Positions 52,826-64,000 of a DNA stretch of 64,000 bases are shown here, piece after piece. Position numbers and translations under genes: made by a program. Location of the stretch: assembly GCF_963921235.1 (NCBI RefSeq), contig NC_086097.1:188482001-188546000 (forward strand), read 5' to 3'. The notes beneath the pieces are model-generated. The model saw only the letters and a program-made list of their open reading frames with translations, had not been told where the DNA came from and did no database searches. Numbering within the stretch: the stretch's first letter is position 1; each line of letters begins with the position of its first letter. The stretch comes from Mobula hypostoma. Lineage: Eukaryota.

Positions 52826-52831
52826 TTTATT
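52826..52831 (-). terminator. Candidate polyadenylation signal of copine copy B
   Basis: AATAAA on the minus strand ~1.2 kb after the stop codon, followed by a U/GU-rich stretch (ttgtcatgttttattttag). Alternative AATAAA near 52630 and 50705. Confidence 0.5.
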
Positions 52832-54051
52832 GCAGAGCGATAAGAACATGCATTGTTTACAGAGTCTCATGAACAATTTTCTTTTCCGGATATAATCCTA
52901 GGCAATTTTGGCCAAGTATTTGATGTCTTTTCATTCTATATATCACACATTTGCATTTCATTGTTACATACAGATATTTGTACTGAATGTTAGTGAAAAA
53001 TTAAAACTGCAAGAGCACAATACAAAGCAAAAGTTCATCTACAAAGTTGAAGCAGCAAATTCTTGTTGCATAATTAAATCTGATTATTTGGTTCAAAGTA
53101 TGATATAAAATGAAGAAACAGCTTTTTAAAGAAAAATACAAAATACTTAGTACTGAAGAATTATGCAGAGCATGCCCAGATGAGCAAATCAACAGAAATC
53201 CACCGTAATAGATAGTAATTTGACAGCAAGCTTTAAAGAGAAAAATGTTTCTTTCCTTCTCCTTCCGTTTTCTTTTTCATGATGAACTGCCTTTTTGTGG
53301 TTACACCTGCAGGAAGCTGTTCCAGTGACAAGTTGATTGCACCAGCAGGCCACTGGTGTAGTCAACTTGTGTAATTTATACTATAGATCGAATTGTTAGA
53401 GCAACCCAGAAATTATGTAAAATCAGCATGGCAAGTTGTTCTTAATTTCTCTCCAATGCCTTTCTTTTTAAATTATATCAATGCTGTCTACCATTATACC
53501 ATTGTCAAAGCGACTCACTTCAGCCTACTAGAAATAAGGTGGCTGACATAATCAATACAGTTTAAATCAGGGATGTTACTCACGTAAATGAACCAGTAAG
53601 AACATTAACTTGATAATACAGCCGATCAAAACTAACAGCCCAAGTGTAATTGGCACTTTACAGTTATTACAGTTTTACCTATAATTGGCAACTTTACAGT
53701 TTTGAAAATATTCAAAGTATGAGTGCTTAAGATCCAATCAGCCAAAACTTCTAGCTTCATATAATATCCACTACTTCTTGTAGTCATCATAAGTAGAAGT
53801 ACCAATCGAGTGTTACTTTAAATTAGGAATGCTCAGACTAACAGATGCCAAGTAATCTACAATTCTGTACAATGCATACAGCAACACCATTGCTTAATTT
53901 GGCCCCCTCTCTTGATCTTGTGCACAGAAAGACACACACCTATGACTTGTATTATCAGGCCAAATTAACAGAGCAACTTTGGGAAAAAGGAGGAAAATAA
54001 TTCTTTGCTGTACAGAAGAACAGCTTGTTAAACTTTGACTTTCCCCATCAG

Positions 54052-54303
54052 CTAGAAATCCAGCAAGTCTTCAAGTTTCAGCTCACTTTCCGGCTTTGGT
54101 TCATTCACTGGCTTTGGTTCATTCACCGGCTTTGGTTCATTCACTGGCTTTGGTTCATTCACTGGCTTTGGTTCATTCACTGGCTTTGGTTCATTTACCA
54201 GCTTTCGATCATTTGGAGGAGGGATTTTGCGCATGTTAAAGTAACATGTCACTTGTCGAGGCACTTCAGCCAGTACACTTTGTGCAAGAGCTTCTTTAGC
54301 AGC
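54052..54303 (-). CDS. CPNE3: Copine-3-like copy B, terminal coding exon with repeat-expanded C-terminal tail
   Basis: AAKEALAQSVLAEVPRQVTCYFNMRKIPPPNDRKL(VNEPKP)x6ESELKLEDLLDF*; cttccacag acceptor; TAG at 54052-54054. Confidence 0.92.
   Translation of the reverse strand, partial: AAKEALAQSVLAEVPRQVTCYFNMRKIPPPNDRKLVNEPKPVNEPKPVNEPKPVNEPKPVNEPKPVNEPKPESELKLEDLLDF
54091..54216 (-). repeat. Coding 18-bp tandem repeat (6 copies encoding VNEPKP plus 1 degenerate PNDRKL)
   Basis: Plus-strand unit yggctttggttcattcac repeated 54091-54198; degenerate unit cagctttcgatcatttgg at 54199-54216. Confidence 0.97.
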
Positions 54304-54932
54304 CTGTGGAAGAGGTAAGGGACATTTGTAACGCTTTTTGAAAAAGTGCACAATGGTAAACAGATCTGACATTATCCTACAAACAAGTGATTAATTTTAA
54401 ATCAATCCATTTTACTTCTGTATGGACACAAGTACTGGGTTTAACTTGTAATACAAGGTTTTTAATCTGAATGTTGCCTTTACACTGGGAAGAATTGGAA
54501 AATTGTCCACCTATTCAAGAAATAATTCAACAGCCTTTGTCTCGGTAGTATATTATCATGGAATATTTCTTGCACTTCACGGCATTGAAATCTTTGGTCT
54601 CAAACATACACAAGTCAAACAAAATTCAATCACTCTGCTTTTACTACAATAGTGCAAAATATTTTAAGAACCTTGTTTACTTGACATTTTTCTAGAGGTC
54701 ATACATTTACCATATTACCCAAAAATCATGTGAGACTTGTTTCCAGGACATAAATGAAATGAGAGTTGTATTGTATGTTAAATGTCACTTTGACCAAGAT
54801 GTGTGCAACTTGAAAGGATATTTTATCTGCATTAACAATTCTTAAAAAATACTTGCAATGTAGAGTAGGACTAATTATTTCTCTCCTACAAATCAATATG
54901 ACTTTGACCACATTAGAATGAAATTGACCTCA

Positions 54933-55205
<273 letters not shown>

Positions 55206-55334
55206 TTAAAAGAAAAAAAAAATCACAAGTTATGCAAAGGTAAATTGTGTTAGATAGGGTCACCTTACTGTTATCTTTAAACATTTATCATGTTGCACAT
55301 GCTTTTGAAAATGAGGGAGGCTAAAAGGAGGCTT

Positions 55335-55830
55335 GGTGTTGGGACTGGCTCTTTTCATGTTGTATGTCAGCGATCTGGATGACAGAATTGATGGCTCTAT
55401 GACCAAATTTGTGGATGATGCAAAGATAGGTAGAGGGGCAGGTAGTGTTGAGATATCAGGAAGCCTTGGGTTGTTTTCTCTGGAACAGCAGGGGGTGAGG
55501 GATAACTTAATTGAAATATACATTATTGGAGTCATAGATAATGATTCTGCGATCCATCCTCTTTCCAAGGTAGGAATATCAAATACCAGAGGTCATAGCT
55601 TTAAGGTGAGAAGGGCAGAGTTTAAAGAGATGTGCAGGGTAAGTTTATTTAAAACACAGACAGCAGTAGGAGCCAGGTGTGATAGTGGAAGAATTTACAA
55701 TAGTTGTGTTCAAGACATCTTTAGATAGTCACAATGAATATGTAGGGAACAGAAGAATATGGATTATGTGCAGGCAGAAGGCATCTTGCTCAGCCAAAAG
55801 CCCTGTTCCTGTGCTATTCTTTTCTACAAT
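55335..55830 (+). mobile_element. Degenerate CR1 fragments in copy B intron
   Basis: ORF 55333..55728 (KFVDDAKIG...NTRGHSFKVR). Confidence 0.7.
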
Positions 55831-55840
55831 ATGTCCATCA

Positions 55841-56128
<288 letters not shown>

Positions 56129-56304
56129 TCACTTTGCAAAAGTTTTTTCAATTACAAAGTCAGCTTTCTCTATAACCATTTCTTTTAATGATGTGCAAGG
56201 TAAGTTTTGAACAGGAACATCAATACCAAAGCAGATTATTTTGACACAAATATGCTGTGTTATACTTCCCTCTGACAAAAATTAGTTTGCGAAATGTCAC
56301 ATTT

Positions 56305-57512
56305 AGCTTGATTGAATTTTTTGAGGATATGATTAAACGCGTTGATGAAGGTAGAGCTGTAGATGTAGTGTAGCAAGGCATTTGGTAAGGTACCCCATGC
56401 AAGGCTTATTGAGAAAGTAAGGAGGCATAGGATCCATGGAGACCCTGCTTTGTGGATCCAAAACTGGCTTGCCCACAGAAGGCAAAGAGTGGTTGTAGAC
56501 GGGTCATTTTCTGCATGGAGTTCGGTGACCAGTGGTGTGCCTCAGGGATCTGTCTAGGACCCCTTCTCTTCGTGATTTTTATAACTGACCTGGATGAGAA
56601 AGTGGAGGAATGGGTTAGTAAATTTGCTGCTAACACAAAGATTGGGGGTGTGTGAGGGCTGTCAGAGGTTATAATGGGACATTGATAGTATGCAAAACTG
56701 GGCTGACAAGTGGCAGATGGAGTTCAACCCAGATAAATGTGAGGTGGTTCATTTTGGTAGGTCAAATATGATGGCAGAATACAGTATTAATGGGACGACT
56801 CTTGGCAGTGTGGAGGATCAGAGGGATCTTAGGGTCCAAGTCCATAGGACACTAAAAGCTACTTCGCAGGTTGACTCTGTGGTTAAGGCGGCATACAGTG
56901 CAATGGCCTTCATCAACCATGGGATTGAGTTTAGGAGCCAAGAGGTGATGTTGCAGCTATAAGGGACCCTGGTCAGACCCCACTTGGAGTACTTTGCTCA
57001 GTTCTGGTCACCTCACTACAGGAAGGATGTGGAAACCATAGAAAAGGTGCAGAGGAGATTTACAAGGATGTTGCCTGGATTGGGGAGCATGCCTTACAAG
57101 AACTTGGCCTTTTCTTCTTGGAGTGATAGTGGATGAGAGGTGACCTGACAGAGGTATATAAGACGATGAGAGGCAGTGACTATGTGGATAGTCAGAGGCT
57201 TTATCCCAGGGCTGAAATGGCTGTCATGAGAAGGCACAGGTTTAAGGAGCTTGGAAGTAGGTACAGAGGAGATGTCAGGGTAAATTTATTTATTTAACGC
57301 AGAGAGTGGTGAGTGTGTGGAATGGGCTGCAGGCGATGGTGGTGGAGGCAGATATGATAGGGTCTTTTAAGAGACTCCTGGATAGATACATGGAGCTTAG
57401 TGAAATAGAGGGCTATGGGTAACCCTAGGTAATTTCTAAACTAAGTACTTGTTCGGCACAGCATTGTGGGCTGAAGGGCCTGTATTGTGCTGTCGTTTTT
57501 CTATGTTTCTAT
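56305..57512 (+). mobile_element. CR1 LINE 3' part (RT + tail)
   Basis: ORFs 56452..56655 and 56690..56962 (WADKWQMEFNPDKCEV); tail ttctatgtttctat. Confidence 0.9.
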
Positions 57513-58339
57513 ATTTAATAATATTATCCATATGCTTGCTTTAAAGCCTTCTTAAAATATAAAGTTCAATCCAAAAACAATGTGTTCTCATTGTACATTT
57601 TACTCCGGATAACAGAGGGCACCTAATAACCATAGTACCTGCAGTACACATGCAAAGCTAAAGAACTGCATTATGCATTTTGGTTTCTGAGAATCAGCAT
57701 ATATTGGATTTTTCATCTCAATTATTTCAGATTGGGCTTTGTTTGTCTTGCAAAAAGATTTGAAAGATATTGGAAATGAGGCAACAACCTGGACTCAAAA
57801 CTAGGTGGTTATATATTCTTGCCCTCAGCCAAGAATCACAACCTTAAGAGATTTCAATTTAGTGCTGAAGGTGGCGCTGGACAGGTAGCACTTAAGTGCC
57901 TCATTTCAAAGACATGAAGCTGTGATATATACAGCCAAAACTGATGACTGAATCAGATTTTTTTAAATCAATACAAGATTTTGATGGTGAATACATCCCA
58001 CCATAAATTGAACACAGTCTGTATGTGCTTTTTGTGCAAGGAATTCTAAGATACTCTTATAAAATAGAATGTATTGATGCAATATTATTCATGAGTGAGT
58101 TGAGATTAAAATTGCCATGTTTTCACACACAGATAACATTTCTTTGATTACAAAAATACAACTACAATGGGAATGTACACACGTTTGCAGAGCAGGTATA
58201 AATCTTAGACATTAATGCTATAATATTACCACATCTGCAACCATCATAAAAGCCAAGAAAAAATAACTTTGAAAACTGAAAAAGAAATTTTCTGAAAGTA
58301 ATTTCTCTTCTCCAAAAGTGTTCTTCTTTGTCAATGAAC

Positions 58340-58830
58340 ACTCTCCCAAACTTCTGCTGATGTGCTGTTAAAAGTATCCCAACTAGTTGCATTATGGTCT
58401 GGCACGGCAATTCAAATATGCAAGAATGCAAGAAGCTGCTCAATACACGACAAGCACATCCCTCCCTACCATCAGAAGTACCTACAAGAAAGCAACGTCC
58501 AAAGATCCCCACCATCTTCTCACCACTCCATACCACTGAGCAGTTGGTGGAGAAGCCTGAAGTCCCCTAAAATAAGGTTCCTGTACGGCTGCTTCCCTTC
58601 AATTCAATTCTTGAACCAACTAACACAATCCTTATCTTTACAGTTAAGCACCATTATGACCAGTTTGATCACTTTACACTAAAAATAGACTGTTTTAATT
58701 GTGGTCTTCCATGTAAAAATATTTGTTTGTGCTTATATGTTATGAACTCAAGAGGCTACTGCAAGTAAGATTTTCATTGCATCTGTGCATACATGTACTT
58801 GTGCATATGACATTACACTTCACTTTGACT
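58340..58830 (+). mobile_element. Degenerate Rex/L2-type 3' fragment
   Basis: Similar to other Rex-like tails in the window; ends ctactgcaagtaagattttcattgcatctgtgcatacatgtacttgtgcatatgacattacacttcactttgact. Confidence 0.55.
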
Positions 58831-59883
58831 AATGCTCTATATTTCTAGATGGTAAACCAGAATGTAATCTTTGCAGATAAAATATAGAGACATCAGATTT
58901 ACAAAACAATGCTCCTGTGCTCTAACAAAACAAGGCTTTGATTGTTATTTTTTCACATTTTTGAAGTTATTTTAACATACAAACATGAAATATCTGAATT
59001 TGCAGATTTCCTCATCTACTTAATGAAGAGGCTACATGCCACACATTCAGGCAATTTCTTCAACTCAACTCAAATTTGTATTAAAATGCACAGACACGTT
59101 CATCCCTCTCAAAAATACATGTACTCATATTGCTTATGGGATGTCAACTTTCTTCTGCAATATAGCACTTTAATTTTTAATTAATACAAGTGTAGACAAT
59201 CAACTGAATATTTAATGTAACCCAATGATCTATTTTGCAGGCAAGGAAAAAAATACTAAAAAAAAATTCAAAGCAATATCAAACAAATTTGTTTGTCTAG
59301 TAATAATTTATTATTTTCAGTTTGGTGGCAGCAGGGAAAAGAATTAAATTTCCCAAGCAGTTCTGCATTCAATAATATTTTTGCAAGTCATTTTCTAATT
59401 TTAAAAACACCTTAGGTGTACAATTCTTCACTTCCAACCAATATAATGATTAAATCAATGATGCAGTGGCTGTGTTCCTAGAAAAATATTCAGATCATGA
59501 CTGTGTAATGTATACTTTGCCCACTGCCCTCCAATGAATCTCATTATGTAGAGATGTGTTCCTACTTTATGACCTTCTGTCAACAGTATGCATGCCCGTC
59601 AGTGCATATCTATATGCAAGGGAATTCTGATTGTATTGTAAGCAGAAGGGAAAAGGCTGCTGCCTTAATTAACTAGAAGTGCATGTGACTTTGTTTGCAC
59701 AAGTATTAGTACAGGTCCTGCTGAAGGGTCTCCACTTAAAAAGCCGACTGTACTCTTTTCCATAGATGCTGCCTGGCCTGCATTGTGTGTGTGTTGCCTC
59801 AAATGTCTATAATTATACTTTTCCACCATTGCTAAAAACTATTATTTTCAACTCAATATCATACATTTTATGGAATTACATAC

Positions 59884-59935
59884 CTGCACAGTATGGGTTC
59901 TCAGGGTTGAAATTAACTGAAAATTCATGTGATAC
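59884..59935 (-). CDS. CPNE3: Copine-3-like copy B, coding exon 12
   Basis: VSHEFSVNFNPENPYCA(G); ccctttag acceptor after an 86-bp intron, GTATGT donor; 52 nt. Confidence 0.93.
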
Positions 59936-59997
59936 CTAAAGGGAAACAAAGATACATTATATGTTTTGAATTCCAATTCCAAATAAAAGCATTATTA

Positions 59998-60090
<93 letters not shown>

Positions 60091-61302
60091 TTAACATCAT
60101 GTGAGTCAAACTGATACATTTTATTTGTCAAGATCCATAGAAAATCTCATCATATTCTAAAATCCAAAAGCTCAAACATCAGCATCTTCATCCTTTAATT
60201 ACATCCTGTAAAGGCAGACACATTCTTTTTTCAAATAACCACTTAATGAAAATAATGATCTCAACACTGCTGCTAAGTGGAGAGATCTAAATTGAACTGT
60301 TGGTACTTACTGGTCCAGGTCTACTATTATGAGCATTTAACTTTAAGAATGTCCCACTGCCAAACTCTAAGAATTCCCATTGAACGGGATCTTACAAGAA
60401 GCCAAGGTTTTACGTTGGTTCCTAAGAGTAAACAAGATGTAGCCCATGTTCTGCAAGCCCTTTAATTTCAATTGTTTGGCTGCAGAAAAAGCAGCAAGAC
60501 TGATCTGATTTATTTATTTAAATTTCTGATGCTACGATTCATGCTTTCAGCTAATTTAAATAGTCAGCTTAAAAAAGGAGATTTTGTCCCACTTACAGTA
60601 CAATTTAAATGTCAGAAACATTTAAAAAATGAAATCCCCATCATTTAAAAATGAAAGATAAAGAATAGATAAAGATTGTGCTGGGCAGCCTACAACTGTC
60701 ACCACACTTCCTGTGCCAACATAGCGTGCCCACAACTCACTAACCCTAAACATACATCTTGAGAATGTGGAAAGAAACCAGAGCATCCATGTGGTCACAG
60801 GGAGAATATATAAAATTGTGAATTTAACCCTGATCTTACAGCTGCTGCTGCAAAGCACTGCATTAACTGCCATGCTGAAGCTGAGGTGTAGGGAAGGGTG
60901 GGGATGCAATTGTTATCTGTTAAGGGGTTTTCTAATGCGTAGTAAGAGGTCAGGCCTCATACTGAACTCTGACACGTCTTAGGATAGATGGATTCATCTT
61001 CCTCATCTAGATTTGGCAAATTTGAGATTAGCAGCTATTGTTCACAGTGAACCTGGAATGGAAGATTCTAGAAATAATATTATTACAGTAAAAATATTGT
61101 TATCAAAATACTACACATTGCTCAAAAAGAATTATCTGTGATACAAGCCATCTGATCTTCCATACCAAATATCAATTACAAATGGGTGAGTTGGTGAGGA
61201 ATGAGGGAGAAGGGCCAGAGATGGACTTTAGACAAAAATACTTAAATTATTAACTACAAATTGCAAACAGAGGCTAAATTATAACTTAACCTATTATTTA
61301 TT

Positions 61303-63522
61303 CTTTCTTTTTAAATCTTTTTATTGAATAAGTATACAAAAAGGTAAGTCATATAAACATTAATACAATGTTAAAATATAATAAAATTACAGAAGGTATC
61401 AATACCAAAAAAAAACTACAAACAATGTAATTTAAACATAAGAAACCAAGGTAACATAATAGTATACTAAATTTTATATATATCAATAGAAAAAAAGAAA
61501 AAAAAACCCCCCCAAAAAAAAACCCACTGTGCAACTAACTAAAAGCAAAGCAAAGCAATGGGCTAACTTGAAACCAAACAGAGTTAAACTTAAAATCACG
61601 TCCTCAATCCCGACCTCCATTAAAAACAGTGAAAAAAAAAACAAGGGTATATATTACATTAAATGAAAATAGCGAATAAAAGATCCCCAAATCTGTTCAA
61701 ATTTAAATGAAGAATCATAAAGGTTACTTCTAATTTTCTCCAGATTCAAACATAATATCGTCTGAGAGAACCAAAAAAAGGTAGTTGGAGCATTAAGCTC
61801 TTTCCAATGTTGTAAAATACATCTTTTCACTATTAAAGTAAGAAATGCAATCATTCTACGGGCTGGAGGGGAAAGATTACTAGAAATTTTAGGTAGTCCA
61901 AAGATAGCAGTAATAGGGTGAGGAGAGATATCTATATTTAATACCTTAGAAATAATATTAAAAATGTCTCTCCAAAAAGTTTCCAAAGTAGGGCAAGACC
62001 AAAACATATGAGTTAAAGAGGCTATCTGCCCCAAACATCTATCACAAAAAGGATTAATATGCAAGTAAAAATGCGCTAATTTATCTTTGGACATATGTGC
62101 TCTATGAACAACTTTAAATTGAATTAGGGAATGTTTAGCACAAATAGAGGAAGTATTAACTAATTGTAAAATCTGCCCCCAATCATCCACAGAAATGGTA
62201 AGCCCCAATTCCTGTTCCCAATCTACCCTAATCTTATCAAATGGAGCTTTCCTAAGTTTCATAATAATATTATAAATCATAGCCGATGCACCTTTCTGAC
62301 ATGGATTAAGGTTAATTATCGAATCTAAAATATATGTAGGAGGAAGCATTGGAAAGGAAGAAAGTATAGTACTTAGGAAATTTCTAACTTGTAAATATCT
62401 AAAAAATGTATTCTTGATAAGTTATATTTATTAGATAATTGTTCAAAAGACATAAGGGAACCATCTAAAAATAAATCCAAAAACCGTAAAATACCCTTAG
62501 TCTTCCAAGTTTGAAAAGCGCGATCCGTAAAAGAGGGAGGAAAAAATATGTTACCTAAAATAGGAATCGCTAACCTGAATTGATTAAGATCAAAAAATTT
62601 TCTGAATTGAAACCAAATACGCAAAGCATATTTAACTATCGGGTTAGACACCTGCTTAAGGCGTTTCGAATCAAAAGGAAGAGAGGAACCTAAAATAGAG
62701 CCAAGTGTATAGCCCTGAACAGATTGTAGTTCCAATGCTACCCATTTAGGAATAGATAGTATATCCTGGTCAAGTAACCAAAATTTCATATGTCGAATAT
62801 TAATTGCCCAATAATAGAATCTAAAGTTAGGTAATGCTAAACCTCCATCTCTCTTAGCTTTCTGTAAATGTATTTTACCCAGTCTCGGATTTTTATTCTG
62901 CCAAATAAATGAAGAAATTTTAGAGTCAACTTTATCAAAGAAAGATTTTGAAACAAAAATTGGTAATGCCTGAAACACATATAAAAATTTTGGCAAAAAA
63001 AACATCTTAACTGCATTAATACGACCAATCAAAGTTAAATATAAAGGAAACCATTTAGATGAAAATTGAGTAATATGGTCTATTAATGGTAAAAAGTTAA
63101 TCTTAAATAAATCTTTATATTTACAAGTAATTTTAATCCCAAGATAAGAAAAATAGTTATCAATCAATTTAAATGGAAATTTATAATATAAGGGAAGATG
63201 TTTATTAATCGGAAAGAGTTCACTCTTACTAAGATTTAATTTATAACCTGAAAAAAAACCAAATTGTGCTAATAACTCTAAAACAGCAGGAATGGATTTC
63301 TCAGGATTAGAAATATATAAAAGTAAATCATCAGCATAGAGTGATAATTTACGGGACTTTAATCCCCGAGTTATCCCAGTAATATTTGAAGATTCTCGAA
63401 TGGCAATTGCAAGAGGTTCTAATGCAATATCAAATAATAGGGGACTAAGAGGACAGCCTTGTCGAGTACCTCGAAAAAGAGGAAAAAAAGGTGAGTTTAA
63501 AGAGTTAGTACGGACCGAGGCA
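61303..63522 (-). mobile_element. Young 5'-truncated L1-clade LINE (ORF2 RT + C-terminal Cys/His motif, poly(A) tail, 10-bp TSD)
   Basis: Minus-strand frame RGTRQGCPLSPLLFDIALEPLA...LSLYADDLL...FSYLGI...GGLALPNF...; one apparent frameshift in a homopolymer near 62401-62407; C-terminal CDRC...LTHMFWSC; AATAAA at 61320-61325 plus A-rich tail; TSD ATTATTTATT at 61293-61302 and 63523-63532. Confidence 0.93.
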
Positions 63523-63616
63523 ATTATTTATTAATGATTAGATAAATTCCTTAGGTATTTGCAACATCCTTATTTTCTAACAGAAACACAACAGGCAAAA
63601 CAAAAGGAATACTTTA

Positions 63617-63895
<279 letters not shown>

Positions 63896-64000
63896 TCAGC
63901 AAGCACTTTGGATCCAGTGACCTTGATTCTATTAGTTTTAAAATAGTTGCATAAAAGGATATGAGTAGTTCATTGCACAGGATCCTTAACTGTGGCTGAG

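Noticed and set aside
54055..54078. DXXLL or [DE]XXXL[LI] dileucine sorting signal at the copine B C-terminus
   Set aside because: Spacing does not fit: residues at -3 and -4 from LL are L and K. Only the clathrin-box/DLL-like reading is retained.
54025..54318. Plus-strand ORF with WLWFIH repeats
   Set aside because: It is the antisense reading of the 18-bp VNEPKP repeat in the copine B terminal exon.
59715..59750. Active hammerheads at 3379-3416, ~20326-20360, ~42832-42869 and ~59715-59750
   Set aside because: Each has substitutions in the CUGANGA or GAAA core, the ACGU palindrome or the NUH triplet; counted as decayed family members only.

Overview
Eukaryotic (vertebrate) genomic DNA. The repeat content (CR1 LINEs, V-SINEs, Rex/Babar, Penelope) suggests a cartilaginous fish, probably a ray; this is inference. 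Two copine-3-like genes lie in tandem on the minus strand. Copy B contributes its last 6 coding exons (63751->54052; VWA domain plus an unusual C-terminal tail of 6x VNEPKP ending in LEDLLDF-stop). Copy A contributes a candidate CpG-rich promoter (~49.4-50.1 kb) and its first 10 coding exons (32309->4626; C2A, C2B, start of VWA) and continues beyond position 1. All 16 exons have GT-AG boundaries and compatible phases. Introns are filled with mobile elements: CR1, L1, Rex/Babar and Penelope retroelements, SINEs, and hAT, Tigger/pogo and Tc1 DNA transposons, several nested. Main observations: (i) a family of minimal hammerhead-ribozyme motifs in Penelope tails, one nearly canonical, including foldback mini-elements with a shared insertion signature; (ii) the tandem copine duplication, with a repeat-expanded tail and clathrin-box-like C-terminus in one copy; (iii) a promoter hairpin; (iv) a palindromic Tc1 carrying a hAT element that captured a Tigger end; (v) a young sense-oriented L1 with a poly(A) signal inside copy B. 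Boundaries of degenerate repeats are approximate and no database searches were run.
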